NCBI GenBank assembly: GCA_951406725.2
Contig: OX597819.1
Span: 122,388,001 to 122,452,000, forward strand
Length of the DNA stretch: 64,000 nucleotides
Direction of reading: 5' to 3'
Origin: Octopus vulgaris
Lineage: Eukaryota
The translations under genes and the position numbers were made by a program. Position 1 is the stretch's first letter; each line of letters begins with the position of its first letter. This document shows, one piece after another, positions 1-13,117 of this stretch. The notes beneath the pieces are model-generated. The model had not been told where the DNA came from and did not search any database. It saw only the letters and a program-made list of their open reading frames with translations.

Positions 1-72
1 TTGGTTTTATATTATTTTCTCGTCAACATTTATAACGAATCGATTTTAAAGGAAAAGACGTACTGAGACTGC

Positions 73-74
<2 letters not shown>

Positions 75-103
<29 letters not shown>

Positions 104-409
104 CATACATACAAACATACATACATACATACATACATACATACATACATACATACAAACATACATACATACATACATACATACATACATACATACATAC
201 ATACATACATACATACATACATGTATACATACATTCATACATACATACATACATATATGTATACATACATACATACATATATGTATACATACATACATAC
301 ATACATACATATATGTATACATACATACATACATACATATATGTATACATACATACATACATACATACATACATACATACATACATACATACATACATAC
401 ATACATACA

Positions 410-442
<33 letters not shown>

Positions 443-633
443 GTATACATACATTCATACATACATACATATATGTATACATACATACATACATACATAT
501 ATGTATACATACATACATACATACATATATGTATACATACATACATACATACATACATACATACATACATACATACATACATACATACATACATACATAC
601 ATACATACATACATACATACATACATACATACA
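75..633. repeat. (ACAT)n microsatellite with interruptions
   Basis: Visible directly; explains the MYVC/TYIH ORFs. Confidence 0.97.
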
Positions 634-710
634 CGCACGCACGCAGCACTCACAGACATATATACGCGCACGCGCATATATACATACATACATACTCACA
701 TATATATTAA

Positions 711-1333
711 CAGGCTCCGGTGAATATATTGCCGTCTAAATTACGCAAAAATGAAAATAACACTGGTATCTCATTTTAAAAGATGATATTTACCAAAATT
801 ACTTTAAAATATTGAAATATACTCTTTTACTCTTTTACTTGTTTCAGTCATTTGACTGCGGCCATGCTGGAGCACCGCCTTTAGTCGAGCAAATCGACCC
901 CGGGACTTATTCTTGTGCCTGGGAGGGTAACTTTCTAGATGCAATCCCACGGTCATTCGTGACCGAAGGGGGTTTGCGAAATATATATATATACATAAAC
1001 CCATCTATCATACATACATACATACATACATACATAAACGTGAGCTTACGTGTGTGTGAGTGTGTGTCTGTGTGCGCATGCGTGTGAAATATATTAGATA
1101 GGAATATGGTATGGGAAGCACTCCGTCGGTTACGATGATGAGGGTTCCGGTTGATCCGAATCAACGGAACAGCCTGCTCGTGAAATTAACGTGTAAGTGG
1201 CTGAGCACTCCACAGACACGTGCACCCATATCGGTCTCTTTTGCCGAATCGCTAAGTGACGGAGACGTAAGCACACCAGCATCGGTTGTCAAGCAATGCT
1301 AGGGGGACAAACACAGACACACAAACACACACA

Positions 1334-1399
<66 letters not shown>

Positions 1400-2290
1400 T
1401 ACGACATGCTTCTTTCAGTTTCAGTCTACCAAATCCACTCACAAGGCATTGGTCGGCCTGGGGCTATAGCAGAAGACACTTGCCCAAGATGCCACGCAGT
1501 TGGACTGAACCCAGAACCATGTGGTTGGTTAGCAAGCTACTAACCACACAGCCACTCCTGCGCCTATAGAGTAAATTTATTCAATAAATTCCCCATTGGC
1601 TCCAACAACGGCCTTCAGACGACTTTGGAATCTCCTGCAACTCCTCTGGACGGTTTCCTTGTTTAAGTTGGTAAATGCTGCCAAATCTTTGCCTTCAGTG
1701 CATCTTTGGCGTTACAAGGAGTTTTGTTTGTCTCTCACTCAACTGTGCCCCACACATAATAATCAAGGGGGTTGCAGTCTGGGGAGTTAGGTGGCCAGAT
1801 GTTAGGGGTAATGTGGTCGCAGAAATTGGCTGACAGCCAAGACTGGGTTCTCCTGATTGTGTGGCATGGCGCAGAGTCATGTTGCCAGACATAGGGTCTT
1901 TCAGCAGCTACACTTTTGACCCAGGGCTGTACTACCTCTTCCAGGCATTTGATGTAGGCCTCCGTGTTGAGTCTGAGGCCGTGTGGGAAGATGAATGGAG
2001 GCATAAAGTCGCCAACACTAGTGATTACTCCAAACACCATGATGTTAATTGGATGTTCTATTTTTAGCACTCCCGGTACATGGTTTTGGGGACACGGCAA
2101 GCCAACGGTTGTTCTGTGTGTTCATCATCTGTTCGTACTGGAGATTCCGGATCGAATGCCAAGCAGCGCAGCATGTCGTTTCCAAATTTCTGGAAGATCG
2201 AATTGCGTCATGGTGCCTTTATCCTTCCAGAGGGTGCCCAACTGGCCCTACTATACTGTGTATCTGACAAAATCAAAAACAAACAATGCG
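711..2290 (-). mobile_element. Internally deleted Tc1/mariner element (maT/DD37D-like), interrupted by SINE-A
   Basis: ORF 1735-2100 has WQHDSAPCH and WPPNSPDCNPLDYYVWG (2nd and 3rd catalytic Asp). C-terminus ..GANGEFIE* lies near 1575. An N-terminus MTQFDLPEIWKRH at ATG 2211 is fused to the mid-catalytic region. Likely terminus caggctccgg at 711. Confidence 0.75.
820..1566 (-). mobile_element. SINE-A (tRNA-derived) with a templated insertion at 912-1226
   Basis: Head ggcgcaggagtggctgtgtggt (A box) and ggttcagtccaa (B-box-like); internal (TA)n; (gtaaaaga)n tail; same family as about 12 copies in the window. Confidence 0.9.
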
Positions 2291-2318
2291 CATGCGCCTT
2301 CACATATATACATGTGAA

Positions 2319-2650
2319 GGCGCATGGCTCAGTCGTTAGAGCGTCGATCTTACGACCGTGAGGTTGTGAGCTCGAATCCTGGACCGGGCTGCGTGTTGTG
2401 TTCTTGAGCAAGACGCTTTATTTCACGTTGCTCCAGTTCACTCAGCTGTAAAAATGAGTTGCGGCGCCACTGATGCCAAACTGTATCGGCCCTTGCCTTT
2501 CCTTTGGATAACATCGGTGGCAGAAAGAGAAGGGAGGCTGGTATACATGGGCAACTGCTGGTCTTCCATAAACAACCTTGCCCGGACTTGTGCCTGGGAG
2601 GGTAACTTTCTAGGTGCAATCCCACGGTCATTCGTGACCGAAGGGGGTTC
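2319..2650 (+). mobile_element. SINE-C, tRNA head with CORE-like central domain
   Basis: tggctcagtcgtt (A box) and gctcgaatcct (B box), followed by gtgttcttgagcaagacgcttt...cagctgtaaaaatgag, which resembles invertebrate CORE-SINE cores. Confidence 0.7.
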
Positions 2651-2799
2651 CGAAAAATATATATATACATAAACCCATCTATCCATGCGCTCATACATAC
2701 ATACATTCATACATAAACGTGAGCTTATGTGTGTGTGTGTGTGTGTGTGAGTCTGTGTGCGCATGCGTGTGAAATATATTAGATAGGAATATGGGATGG

Positions 2800-3137
2800 G
2801 AAGCACTCCGTCGGTTACGACGATGAGGGTTCCGGTTGATCCGAATCAACGGAACAGCCTGCTCGTGAAATTAACGTGTAAGTGGCTGAGCACTCCACAG
2901 ACACGTGCACGCTTAACGTAGTTCTCGGGGATATTCAGCGTGACAAGGCCGGTCCCTTGAAATACAGGTACAACAGAAACAGGAAGTAAGAGTGAGAGAA
3001 AGTTGTGGTGAAAGAGTACAGCAGGGATCACCACCATCCCCTGCCGGAGCGTCGTGGAGCTTTAGGTGTTTTCGCTCAATAAACACTCACAACGCCCGGT
3101 CTGGGAATCGAAACCACGATCCATTGCGCCTCCACAC
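2800..3137 (-). mobile_element. SINE-D (tail type 1)
   Basis: Head tgtggaggcgcaatgg..gtttcgattccc; 19-bp TSD agataggaatatRggatgg at 2781-2799 and 3138-3156. Confidence 0.85.
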
Positions 3138-3915
3138 AGATAGGAATATAGGATGGCAGTGACATTGACGCAAAATAAGATAACAGTTTTCATTCTTTGT
3201 TTAGATCTCTGATTAAGAGGAACTGTTTTCGATTTCAAGACTAATATTGCTTCTTCGATGCAATCATATTTCGCGCTGTGATTAAAAATAAAATTAATCA
3301 TAGAATTCTTCCACTCGAAATAGTGTATTTTATTCTGGTAAATTTCCAACCGAATTTTATTCAATTTATGAAATCCACAATATATGGCAACAAGAAGTCG
3401 TTCGGTAAAATTGCCGGCTGTTAAGTCCGTTTAGTTCATTGAATCAACCAGTTGATTGAACTTTAATCTATTTCTGTTCTCCTGTTGTTTGTTTTGCTCC
3501 ATGTCTGCGAAGACCGAGTAAATCTATGATTAATAACGACTGTTCTATTGTTTTAGTATATAGCCCGTACTGTCCAATGAGATATATTTAGTTATTTTGT
3601 TCTCGCTGGTTAGATGACCGTGTTTAGGCTTCTGTGTACACCTGTGAATTCAGTTGGTGTCTACAGCGATGTAGGGTAAGATATACATTAAATCAGAAGC
3701 GACTGACAGCTACTATACCTCAGTGGTTGTTGATATATATCTCAGTACAACGCTTAGTGTTAAAATTGTCTGCGAGAGCAAAATGATGTTTCTGTATAGG
3801 AACGTTAAAAAGTGGGAGGACATTGCTAGTGTTCACTTCCACTAGATACAGGAATAAGAAAAGAGTTTAGAAAGACGAGAGGGAAGGATGAGAATTACTG
3901 AAGAACAAAAACATT

Positions 3916-4268
3916 GGATCTTTTCGATTTGACCGGCAGATTTTTAAAAATAATTTCTTTATAACTAAACACTTTCAAACTTCGTATACTGGTAGAATGT
4001 GTTTATAAAACATCTTTTTCTCTTGGCTTTCTTGAGAAAATTCTGTAGTTTGTAAGCTATTTGTTGTTTAATTTCTTGGATTTCGGCAATTTCAACCAAT
4101 CAATGACGTCTATTGAGGTGAATACAATATCTCCAGATCTTTGTCAACAACAATTATTTGCGGTATCATATGATGTTTTATAAACACATTCTACCAGTAT
4201 ACGAAGTTTAAAAGTGTTTAGTTACAAAGAATTATTTAAAAAATCTGCCGGTCAAAGCGAAAAGATCC
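3916..4268. mobile_element. MITE-E, palindromic variant lacking TTAGGG
   Basis: TIR ggatcttttcg..ccggcag; long inverted arms; 8-bp TSD aaaacatt. Confidence 0.88.
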
Positions 4269-4329
4269 AAAACATTCGTTGTAAAAAACGAACAAACAAA
4301 AAAAAAAAAAAAAATGAAAACAGTTCCAA

Positions 4330-4740
4330 AGTGAAGTCAATGCTATTAATCTGAAAATTGTATACTCCTTTACATGTTTTAGTGATACAATATCGATTGG
4401 TAGGCATCTTGATACTGAGATACAAAGAAAAGATGACAAAAATAAGCATAGCAATCAGAAGACTGCGTCTACAACCAAAAAGCATTGATATTGTTTTCAT
4501 CAGAATCAAGTGCAGTGTTTAGAGAGCAGTTGTTTTCACCTTGCTTTCGTACGTTTCCTAAACCTAGATAGTATATACGAATCAGATGAAAAACCTTCGT
4601 ACCTTCATGATAAGACAACTGCATTCAGTCGCAAAAATTTCGCAGAAAAGGTATTTCTCCAAACAATGGGATACTAAAATGAACAAAACTGCCAAATATG
4701 AGAGATTTTATCAGGAAGCACGTACGTTAGACGTGGGCAA
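4330..4740 (+). pseudogene. RTE-clade LINE relic (post-RT region)
   Basis: Manual translation RAVVFTLLSYVS*T*IVYTNQMKNLRTFMIRQL resembles the RTE motif RAVVLSTLLYGSETW; stops present. Confidence 0.6.
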
Positions 4741-4797
4741 AAAAAAACGTAATCGCTTCCGTTACAAGATCACAGAAGTAAAAATAAACGAGATATA

Positions 4798-5228
4798 GGC
4801 GCCGGAGTGGCTGTGTGGTAAGTAGCTTGCTAACCAACCAACCACATGGTTCGGGGTTCAGTCCCACTGCGTGGCATCTTGAGCAAGTGTATTCTGCTAT
4901 AGCCCCGGGCCGACCAATGCCTTGTGAGTGGATTTGGTAGACGGAAACTGAAAGAAGCCTGTCGTATATATGTATATGTATATGTATATGTATATATATG
5001 TATGTGTATGTGTGTTTGTGTGTCTGTGTTTGTCCCCCTAGCATTGCTTGACAACCGATGCTGGTGTGTTTACGTCGCCGTCACTTAGCGGTTCGGCAAA
5101 AAGAGACCGATAGAATAAGTACTGGGCTTACAAAGAATAAGTCCCGGGGTCGATTTGCTCGACTAAAGGCGGTGCTCCAGCATGGCCGCAGTCAAATGAC
5201 TGAAACAAGTAAAAGAGTAAAAAGAGTA
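4798..5228 (+). mobile_element. SINE-A, full length
   Basis: Complete head, body and gtaaaagagta tail. Confidence 0.92.
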
Positions 5229-5260
5229 TATGACCTTAATATCATCGATGTGTATGCCAA

Positions 5261-5480
5261 GGCGGCGAGCTGGTAGATTCGTGAGCACTCCGGGTAAAAT
5301 GCTTAGCGGCATTTCGTCCGTCCTTATGTTCTGAGTTCAAATTCTACCGAGGTCCATTTTGCCCTTCATCCTTTCGGGGTCGTTAAAATGAGTACCAGTT
5401 GAGCACTGGGTGTCGATGTAATCGACTTACCCCATTCCCCGAACTTGTCAGCCTTGCGGCAAAATTTTGATATCAATATT
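5261..5480 (+). mobile_element. SINE-B (type-2 tail)
   Basis: ggcggcgagctgg head, gagttcaaatt B box, ttcatcctttcggggtcg central domain. Confidence 0.85.
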
Positions 5481-5727
5481 ATGATAGGCATACGTGGTTA
5501 AATAAATAAATAAATAAATGAGAGAACAGACAAGATTGCTAGCAATCAACAACAATAGCAGAACAATAAACTATCAAATATTCCAATGCATTAATATAGA
5601 CTGTAGCTTTGTAAACTTGTTAATAATACATTCTACTATAGCCCAAGGCTCTAGTAGAAGACACTTGCCCATGGTGCCACGCAGTGGAACTGAACCTAGA
5701 ACAATTTAGTTGGTAAGCAAGCTACTT

Positions 5728-6647
5728 TATTTCAAAATTTTGCCATAAAGGCATGACACAGAGTAGCTTGTGGGCTGGACAAAAAACATTGATGAGATGA
5801 ATAATGAAAAAGGATGATGTTGATGGGAGAAGACAAAAAACGCCCGCCGAATTTTTGCTTCTCTAATACATTATTCTTTTTTTTATACAGGAAAAAAAAA
5901 ACGAGGTATTAAACCTCTTACTTCAGTTACAATTAAAAGACCATTACAAATTGAGGCGCTGATCCTCTTACATACAATAAACATTCAGGCACTAAAGCCT
6001 CTTTATCCTTCCTCCCTGACCAGGCTGTATGCCTTCCGTAGGCAATACTCCAGCTCCAGGTTGTGGCCCCAGAAGTCGAACCTAAACTGGTCGTTCGGGA
6101 AGGAGTCAATCACCCTGAACATATCAACTTCCGATCTGACCTCCGTAGTCATCTGCGGAGGCAAATCCGGGTCTTCAGTCCAGGGCATGAGCTCCTACCT
6201 CCGGCACCTCTAGCTTCCTTAAGAAGCTCTGTATTGCTCTTCCCTTATGAAAGAAGATAACAAAATCATCTCTCGTTGCTCTGGGAGGGGCCACAGTTTC
6301 CTCTGTCGGTGGCACACTTCTCACCGACAAAGTTTCAGGTCATGCCGGTAATGTCCCGTTCTTTTTCTTTTTTCTTTTTCTCCCCTTTGCTATGGGAGGG
6401 TGTGGTACCTCCGCTTTATTCGGAGGATCTTCCTCCCCTCCTGCTGCTTTAGGGTCGTTCGGTGGGCAACCATTGTTGACCACCTTCTTTTTTTCTTTCC
6501 TTTTTTCGAAGAGATCTCCACCTCCTCGACTGCCTCCATCTCTCCCTCCAATGGGGGAGCGGGGGCGCTACTTTTATTAACTGCTCCAGGACCTTACCTT
6601 GGTCATGGGAACAGTTTTTCTTAATGTGGCCCGGTTCCAGGCACAAA
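5728..6647 (-). mobile_element. Element F: RT-less non-LTR retroelement (gag-like ORF end plus 3' UTR) inserted in a SINE-A head
   Basis: Partial zinc knuckle LCLEPGHIKKNC; ORF end ..AYSLVREEG* at 6003; 14-bp TSD taagcaMgctactt (5714-5727, 6648-6661); 3' UTR homologous to 18900-19121. Confidence 0.75.
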
Positions 6648-7217
6648 TAAGCACGCTACTTACCACACAGCCACTCCTGCGCCTATGTCTAAATATTTTT
6701 CTTCAGACTAAGTATATCTAGAACTACATTTTCCAATGTGTCCTTCCTGTTTAAGAACGTTAAAATATGGCTTGGATGAGATTTGATTGCTATTTCTAGC
6801 AGATTGTGTGACAACGTAAAAGCCTCTCTCATTGGCTTGCGCCAGAAGGTGAACGTAGTTTTTGTGAAAACTGTGTATTCTATTTGTAATGATATAATCA
6901 CAAGTTGAATAATGTGTTATCTCAGCAACCACCAACGACTATGTTGCTAATGGATGATTAATGGACATATCATTCACAATCGCTAAAAGTGGAGTGACTG
7001 CAAACGATGCATCCATTAGTCATTCGAATTCTGGTGTTATAATTGTCATCGTTTATCAGCCCTTTAATCTATCATACAGCAGAGGAAAAGCTGTTGCCTC
7101 CAGCTCTTTTGGACGGTAAATATATGTAAATTTCCTCTCATTAATATATTAAACCCGTTTCATTAAAGCGTGGGTGAGCGACCCTTTACATACGGGAGAA
7201 ATTTAAGTCCCTATTAA

Positions 7218-7776
7218 AGGCGCAGGAGTTGCTGTGCTGCAAGACGTTTGCTCCCTAACGACTGCTTCTGGGTTCAATCCCGCTACGTGACATCTTGGGC
7301 AAGTGTCTTTTATTATAGCCTCGGACCGGCCAAAACCTTTTGTAAGTGGATTTGATTGATGGAAACTGAAAGAAGCCCCACGTATATGTGTATATATGTA
7401 TTTGTTTGTGTGCGTGTGTGTGTATGTGTGTATGTATGCGTGTGTGTGTGTTTATGTGCTGGTGTATGTGTGTATGTGCGATCGTGCGTGCGTGCGTGTG
7501 TGTGTTTGTGTGTATATCTTTGTGTCCGTGTTTGTCCGCTACCACCGCTTGACAATCGGTGTTGATGTGGTTACAGCCCTGTAACTTAACGGTTCAACAA
7601 AAGAGACCAATAGACTAAGTACCAGGCTTAAAAGACAATAACAACAACAGCAACAACCACAACAACAACAAAATTACTGGGGTCGATTCGTTCGACTAAA
7701 ATTTCTTCAAGCTGGTACCACAGCATGGCCACAGTCTAATGACTGATACAAGTAAAAGAATAAGAGAATAAAAGAA
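7218..7776 (+). mobile_element. SINE-A, diverged
   Basis: Homology to other SINE-A copies. Confidence 0.85.
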
Positions 7777-8129
7777 TGAAGAAAGATTCAAACTTGAAAC
7801 TACGCATTGGCAAAGTTCCTAAAAACCGATGGGAAACGATAATCTAAGTAGGAAACCTTTGAACGTCTAAATTCAAAGAGATAAAATTTTACTTGGAACA
7901 AACGTGCTGACACACTTTTCTATGCATTTAAAATTCACTCTGTGTTGAAAAGACCACCGCCTCTGCATTTAAATATCATATTGTCTATTGGTAGCAACGA
8001 ATACATCCTCAAATGAGTATTTTTTAAAATTACAAACACTGGTCGACTTTGAGTGGGATAATTCTGTCATGTTTTTAAGATCAGGAATGGAACTGTGTTG
8101 TTAAAGCGAGACGTTGTATGACCGAATTG

Positions 8130-8900
8130 AAGAATTGAAATAAAAATAGAAAATGGAATAATCCAAATAGAAAGGCAAAATGGAAGAGTCAAAATACATA
8201 CAGAAAGTGGAAGAATTTAAACATCATAGAGGAAATGGTAGAATCCAGATACAAAGAGAAAATGGAAGAATTTACGGAAAAAAGAGAAAATAGAGGAATG
8301 CAAATATAAAAAGAAAATTAAAGGATGAATGTGCAAAGACAAAATGGAAAAATACAATGGAAAAATGGGTTAACTCAAAGAAAAAAAAAAACATGGAAGG
8401 TTCTAAAAGAAAAGAGAAAATGGAAGAATCCAAACAAAAAGAGAAAATGGAAGAATCCAAATAAAAAATCTGGTAGAACTCCAAAACGAAGAAAGTTATT
8501 TGTAGAATTCATATACAAAGAGAAAATGGAATAATCTAAATATAATGAGAAAAATTAAGAATCCACTTGCAATTTGGAAATGGAATAATCTAAATATAAG
8601 ATAAAATTGAAGAATCGAAAAATAGGAGAAAATATAGAAGAATCCTTTAGATATATAGAAAGGAGAAGGCAGAAAATCTGAAAAGAAAACGGAAGATTCC
8701 AAATACAAAAATTAAATTTTAGAATCCAATTGCAAAAAAGAAAGAAATCAAAATGAAAGAATCGAGATACAAAGAAAAGTGGAAGAATCCAACTATAAAC
8801 AGAAAAGGGAAGAATCGTTATAGATATAGACAAATGGGAGAATCCAAATGTAGAGAATAGAAGAAAACCAAGTGAACGAAAGAATTGGAAGAATCCCGAT
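8130..8900. repeat. Degenerate purine-rich minisatellite, about 28-30 bp (aaaatggaagaatccaaa...)
   Basis: Recurrent ggaagaatcca motif at roughly regular spacing. Confidence 0.75.
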
Positions 8901-9303
8901 ACAATTAATTCGTATTTATTTCAATGCCTTGATCACAGTGGTGCGTTTAGATTTTGAATAGACGTGTGGATTTGACTAATTCTAAAGATTTGAATGAATT
9001 TGTGTTAAAATTGACAGACATTCAATTTCTATCAAACGAATCCTACTTTGCATGTTGTTGGAGACGAGTATCTTCAAAATATGTTTTATATTGTGGTATT
9101 TATTCTGGCTGCGTAGATTCTGAGTTCAAATTTTGTCCGGGTCATCTTTGCTTTCCCTCCTTACAGAGTCCGTAAAATACTGTACATGTCTAATTCTGGG
9201 TTCAGTTTTAATTGACTAACCTCACCCAAACCCACCGCAAGATTGCTGGTTGTGTGCCCAAATTAGAAACCATTATTTCTATTTTAATTAATGTAGAATT
9301 TTA

Positions 9304-9890
9304 GGGCGGTGAGCTGGCAGAAACGTTAGCACGCCGGGCGAAATGCTTAGTGGTAGTTTGTCTGTCTTTATATTCTGAGTTCAAATTCCGCCGAGGTCGA
9401 CTTTGCCTTTCATCCTTTCGGGGTCGATAAGTTAAGTACCAGTTACGCACTGGCGTCGATGTAATCGACTTGATCCGTTTGTCTGTCCTTGTTTCTCTTC
9501 TCTGTGTTTAGCCCCTTGTGGGTAGTAAAGAAATAGGCATTTCGTCTGCCGTTACGTTCTGAGTTCAAATTCCACCGCGGTCGGCTTTACATTTCATGCA
9601 TTCGGGGTCGATAAATTCAGTACCAGTTACGCACTGGGGTCGATATAATCGACTTAATCCCTTTGTCTGTCCTTGTTTGTCTTCTCTGTGTTTAGCCCCT
9701 TGTGAGTAGTAAAGAAATAGGTATTTCGTCTGCCGCTACGTTCTGAGTTCAAATTCCGCCGAGATCGACTTTGCCTTTTTATCCTTTCGGGGTCGATAAA
9801 TTAAGTACCAGTTGCGTACTGGGGTCGAACTAATCGACTGGCCTCCTCCCCCCAAATTTCGGGCCTTGTCCCTAGAGTAGAAAAGGATAT
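9304..9890 (+). mobile_element. SINE-B head-to-tail array (3 units; last has type-2 tail)
   Basis: Internal junctions gtaaagaaata|ggYatttcgtctgcc. Confidence 0.9.
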
Positions 9891-10129
9891 GCATTGCACG
9901 CGCATATAGGGCGTGTTGTTAAAGAATTCCTTTTCCATAAAGTTCCACTCTCAAAACACTGTCCAGCCGAGATTATGTTAGAGGACGCTTGCTACAAGTA
10001 CCAGGCAATGGGATCGAACACAGAACCATTTGATTTGATTTTTTGCAGAAATGTCTTGTTCAAGAATCAGTATATGAGATACGATAATGCTTTTCTTTTT
10101 TAAGCTAAGGTGGAAGAGATAAGTTTTGT

Positions 10130-10420
10130 TGTTTGTTTGTTTGGTCCTTCTCGAGCTATGTCTGGCTCATAAGGGCCGGTTTCCCGGTTTCCTGGACGAG
10201 ACGCCGTACCGTCCCAGGTGAATTGCAAGATGCAGGAGGAAAGAGTGAGAGAAAGTTGTGGCAAAACAGTCAGCAGAAGTTCGCAATTACCTTCAGCCGG
10301 AGCCGCGTGGAGCTTAGGTGTTTCGCGCATAAACACACACATCGCCCGGTCTAAGATTCGAACCCGCGATCCCTCGACCGCGAATCCGCTGCTCTAACCA
10401 CCAGGCCATGTGCCTCCACA
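10130..10420 (-). mobile_element. SINE-D (tail type 2)
   Basis: Homologous to 11604-11906. Confidence 0.85.
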
Positions 10421-10954
10421 AGTTCATATTTAAACTAGGAAAATTTTAATTTGCAATCAAGTATTTTTGAAAATAATTTTGATGTTTGTGTGTCTTCTAA
10501 CAACCTTACCAATTTTTTGCACAGAGCCAGGATTTTTTATCGAGCCCCGAATGAATGGAGGCTAATGCAGTTTCGCACCTCTTCTTGAAAAATGCATTAA
10601 AACATTTTTTTCGCATTCCTACGTTTTAGATGTCGGAGATTACGAATATGCAAAAAAAAAAAAACCCACAAAAATTTAATTTCGACCCCGCCAATTAAAA
10701 TTCTTTTGTTTACTTTAAAGAGATCGTAGCGAATTGACGACCATATGCAAATCGAAATTAAATACAGACAAAAAACATTAAAGTGAAAAGAATTTGCGTT
10801 TTACTTGTGTTTGCCTTAAATAATCGTAAATAATAATTTAATGTAAATCAAATATACACCATTTTATGAGAAACAATGTTTAATAATTAATGTTATAAAA
10901 GTTTAATAAGGGACTCAAATTTCACCCCCTTCCCCAATTTTAAATTTTGAACTT

Positions 10955-11380
10955 TGATCTTTTCGGTTTGAACGGCAGTTTTTAACATAATTTCTAGGTA
11001 ATTAAAAAAATTTTAAACTTCGTATACTGGGAGTATGTGTTTATAAAACATCTTTTTCTCTTGGCTTTATTGAGAAAATTCTATAGTTTGTAAGATATTT
11101 GTTGTTTTTTTCTTCAATTCTGCAATTTCAACCAATCAGTGACGTCTATTGAGTTAAAAAGCATTCTGTGCAGTATGAATATGTCCCTCGTTTAAGAAAC
11201 AGATTGGGTTTATTTACATTTGTGAAGAAAAAAGCGATACCCTTCCCCCACCCCTAACCCTAATTAACCCTAACCCTAAAAGAGATTGAAATGCAATAGA
11301 TCGATACTAGGGTCATAATTATGGGTGACAATTTCATATGACACCGCTAGAAAAAACTGCGGTTCAAACCGAAAAGATCA
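10955..11380. mobile_element. MITE-E with internal (CCCTAA)n
   Basis: TIR tgatcttttcggtttgaacggcag; TSD ttgaactt at 10947-10954 and 11381-11388. Confidence 0.92.
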
Positions 11381-11603
11381 TTGAACTTTTTCATTCAATC
11401 ATCTATTTATCCCTTCCGTTTGTTCATAAAATATATTTGTCAACTAAATGTGACGGTCCTATAGAAGACGTTGTTACTGTTGTTTTTAGCCCCAGGAAGA
11501 CATTCATATCTATCTCTTTGTATACATATCTATATGATTATTGAATTTAAAATTTTGAAAACCTGCTTTCTAGAATATTCGGAATCTCCGTCATCTAAAA
11601 CAT

Positions 11604-11906
11604 TGTTTGTTCCTTCTCGAGCGACGCCTGGCTCATAAGGGCCGGTTTCCCGGTTTCCTTGGCGTATAGGTTCCCCACCTGGATGGGACGCCGGTCCGTC
11701 GCAGGTGAGCTGCAAGATGCAGGAGGAAAGGGTGAGAGAAAGTTGTGGCGAAAGAGTCAGCAGAAGTTCGCCATTACCTTCTGCCGGAGCCGCGTGGAGC
11801 TTAGGTGTTTCGCTCATAAACACACACATCGCCCGGTCTGAGATTCGAATCCGCGATCCCTCGACCGCGAGTCCGCTGCTCTCGCCACTAGACTATGTGC
11901 CTCCAC
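11604..11906 (-). mobile_element. SINE-D (tail type 2)
   Basis: 12-bp TSD catctaaaacat. Confidence 0.9.
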
Positions 11907-12066
11907 CATCTAAAACATAGGGGGGAAAAAAATTCGAAAAAGTTCCAACTTTTTTTTCTTTTTGCATATTCGTAATATTTCCGACATCTAAAACGTAGGA
12001 ATCCGAAACATTTTTTTCAAAAAAATGCATTTCTCAAGGAGAGGTGCGAAACTGTATTAGCTCCAG

Positions 12067-12865
12067 TGAACGAAAGACAAGGTTGACCACGGCAGGATTT
12101 GAACTCAGAACATAAAGCTGTAAGAAACACTGTTATGCATTTTGTCCGACTCGCTTATCATTCTAGTAATTCGCTGCCTTTTCGCATTTTCTTATATCGT
12201 TTCTCATAAAGGTAATAAAGCCTAAACTTTAGGGGTTAAGTGTTAATCGATTACATCGACGCAAGTAGTTGACTGGTACCTATTTTATCGACCCCAAAGG
12301 GATGACAAAGTCGACCGCGGTGGTATTTGAACTCAGAATGCAAAGAGGGAATAAATACCTACGCATTTCGCCCAGCGTGCTAACGTTTCTGCCAGCTCGC
12401 TGACTTATGCAAAGACAGAATGCTTATTTCTTTACTACCCACAAGGGGCTAAACACCGAAGGGACAAACAAGGACAGGCAAACGGATTAAGTCGATCATA
12501 TCGACCCCAGTGCGTAAGTGGTACTTATTTAATCGACCCCGAAAGGATGAAAGGCAAAGTCGACCTCGGCGGAATTTGAACTCAGAACGCAGCAGCGGAC
12601 GAAATACCACAAAGCATTTCGTCCGGCGTGCTAACATTTCTGCCAGCTCGCCGCCTTAAGACGGAATAAATACCATTAAGCTTTTTGTCCGGTGTGGTAA
12701 CATGTCTTCTAATATCAGTTTCAGATTTTGGCACATGGCCTGCAATTTCGTGGGAGTGAGCGAATCGATTACATCGACCCCCCCAGTTCTCTTGTGGTAC
12801 TTAATTTATCGACCCCGAAAGGGGGAAAGGCAAAGTCGACCTCGGCGGAATTTGAACTCAGAACC
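12067..12865 (-). mobile_element. Cluster of SINE-B copies and fragments
   Basis: Repeated gtcgacctcggcggaatttgaactcagaac motif. Confidence 0.8.
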
Positions 12866-13117
12866 CTTCTAATATCAAACACATAAAATATATCGTTGAT
12901 CAGTAATGAATTAGAGAAATGTCAACAACTTTCTAATAGATGGTTTGTGATTGTTGTTGATGGGTAGCTTCTATGAAAGTAATGCGTCAGGATACTCTGA
13001 TTAATTCAAAGGAACTGCAATTAAATATTTATAGAGGACAGAATACATAACAAGGCAATGATTAATTGAGAAAAGTGATGAATTACTAATGTAAATTGGA
13101 CGTATGTTTAAAATATA

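Larger units (their letters stand above)
10557..12066. mobile_element. Long-TIR non-autonomous DNA element inserted in a SINE-B; hosts MITE-E and SINE-D
   Basis: About 100-bp inverted arms: gctaatgcagtttcgcacctc..cctacgttttagatgtcgga versus tccgacatctaaaacgtagga..gaggtgcgaaactgtattagc. TSD not clear. Confidence 0.65.

Noticed and set aside
23-739. Long MYVC/TYIH ORFs (also at 35-42 kb, 48 kb, 61 kb) and the K/E/R or F/L/S ORFs at 32.8-33.5 kb
   Set aside because: Microsatellite artefacts.
3613-3680. Possible small host exon (ttag|atg...agg|gtaag)
   Set aside because: Splice-like signals only; no recognisable peptide or partner exons.
4798-4870. SINE heads as functional tRNA genes
   Set aside because: A and B boxes are present, but I see no convincing cloverleaf and all continue into SINE bodies.
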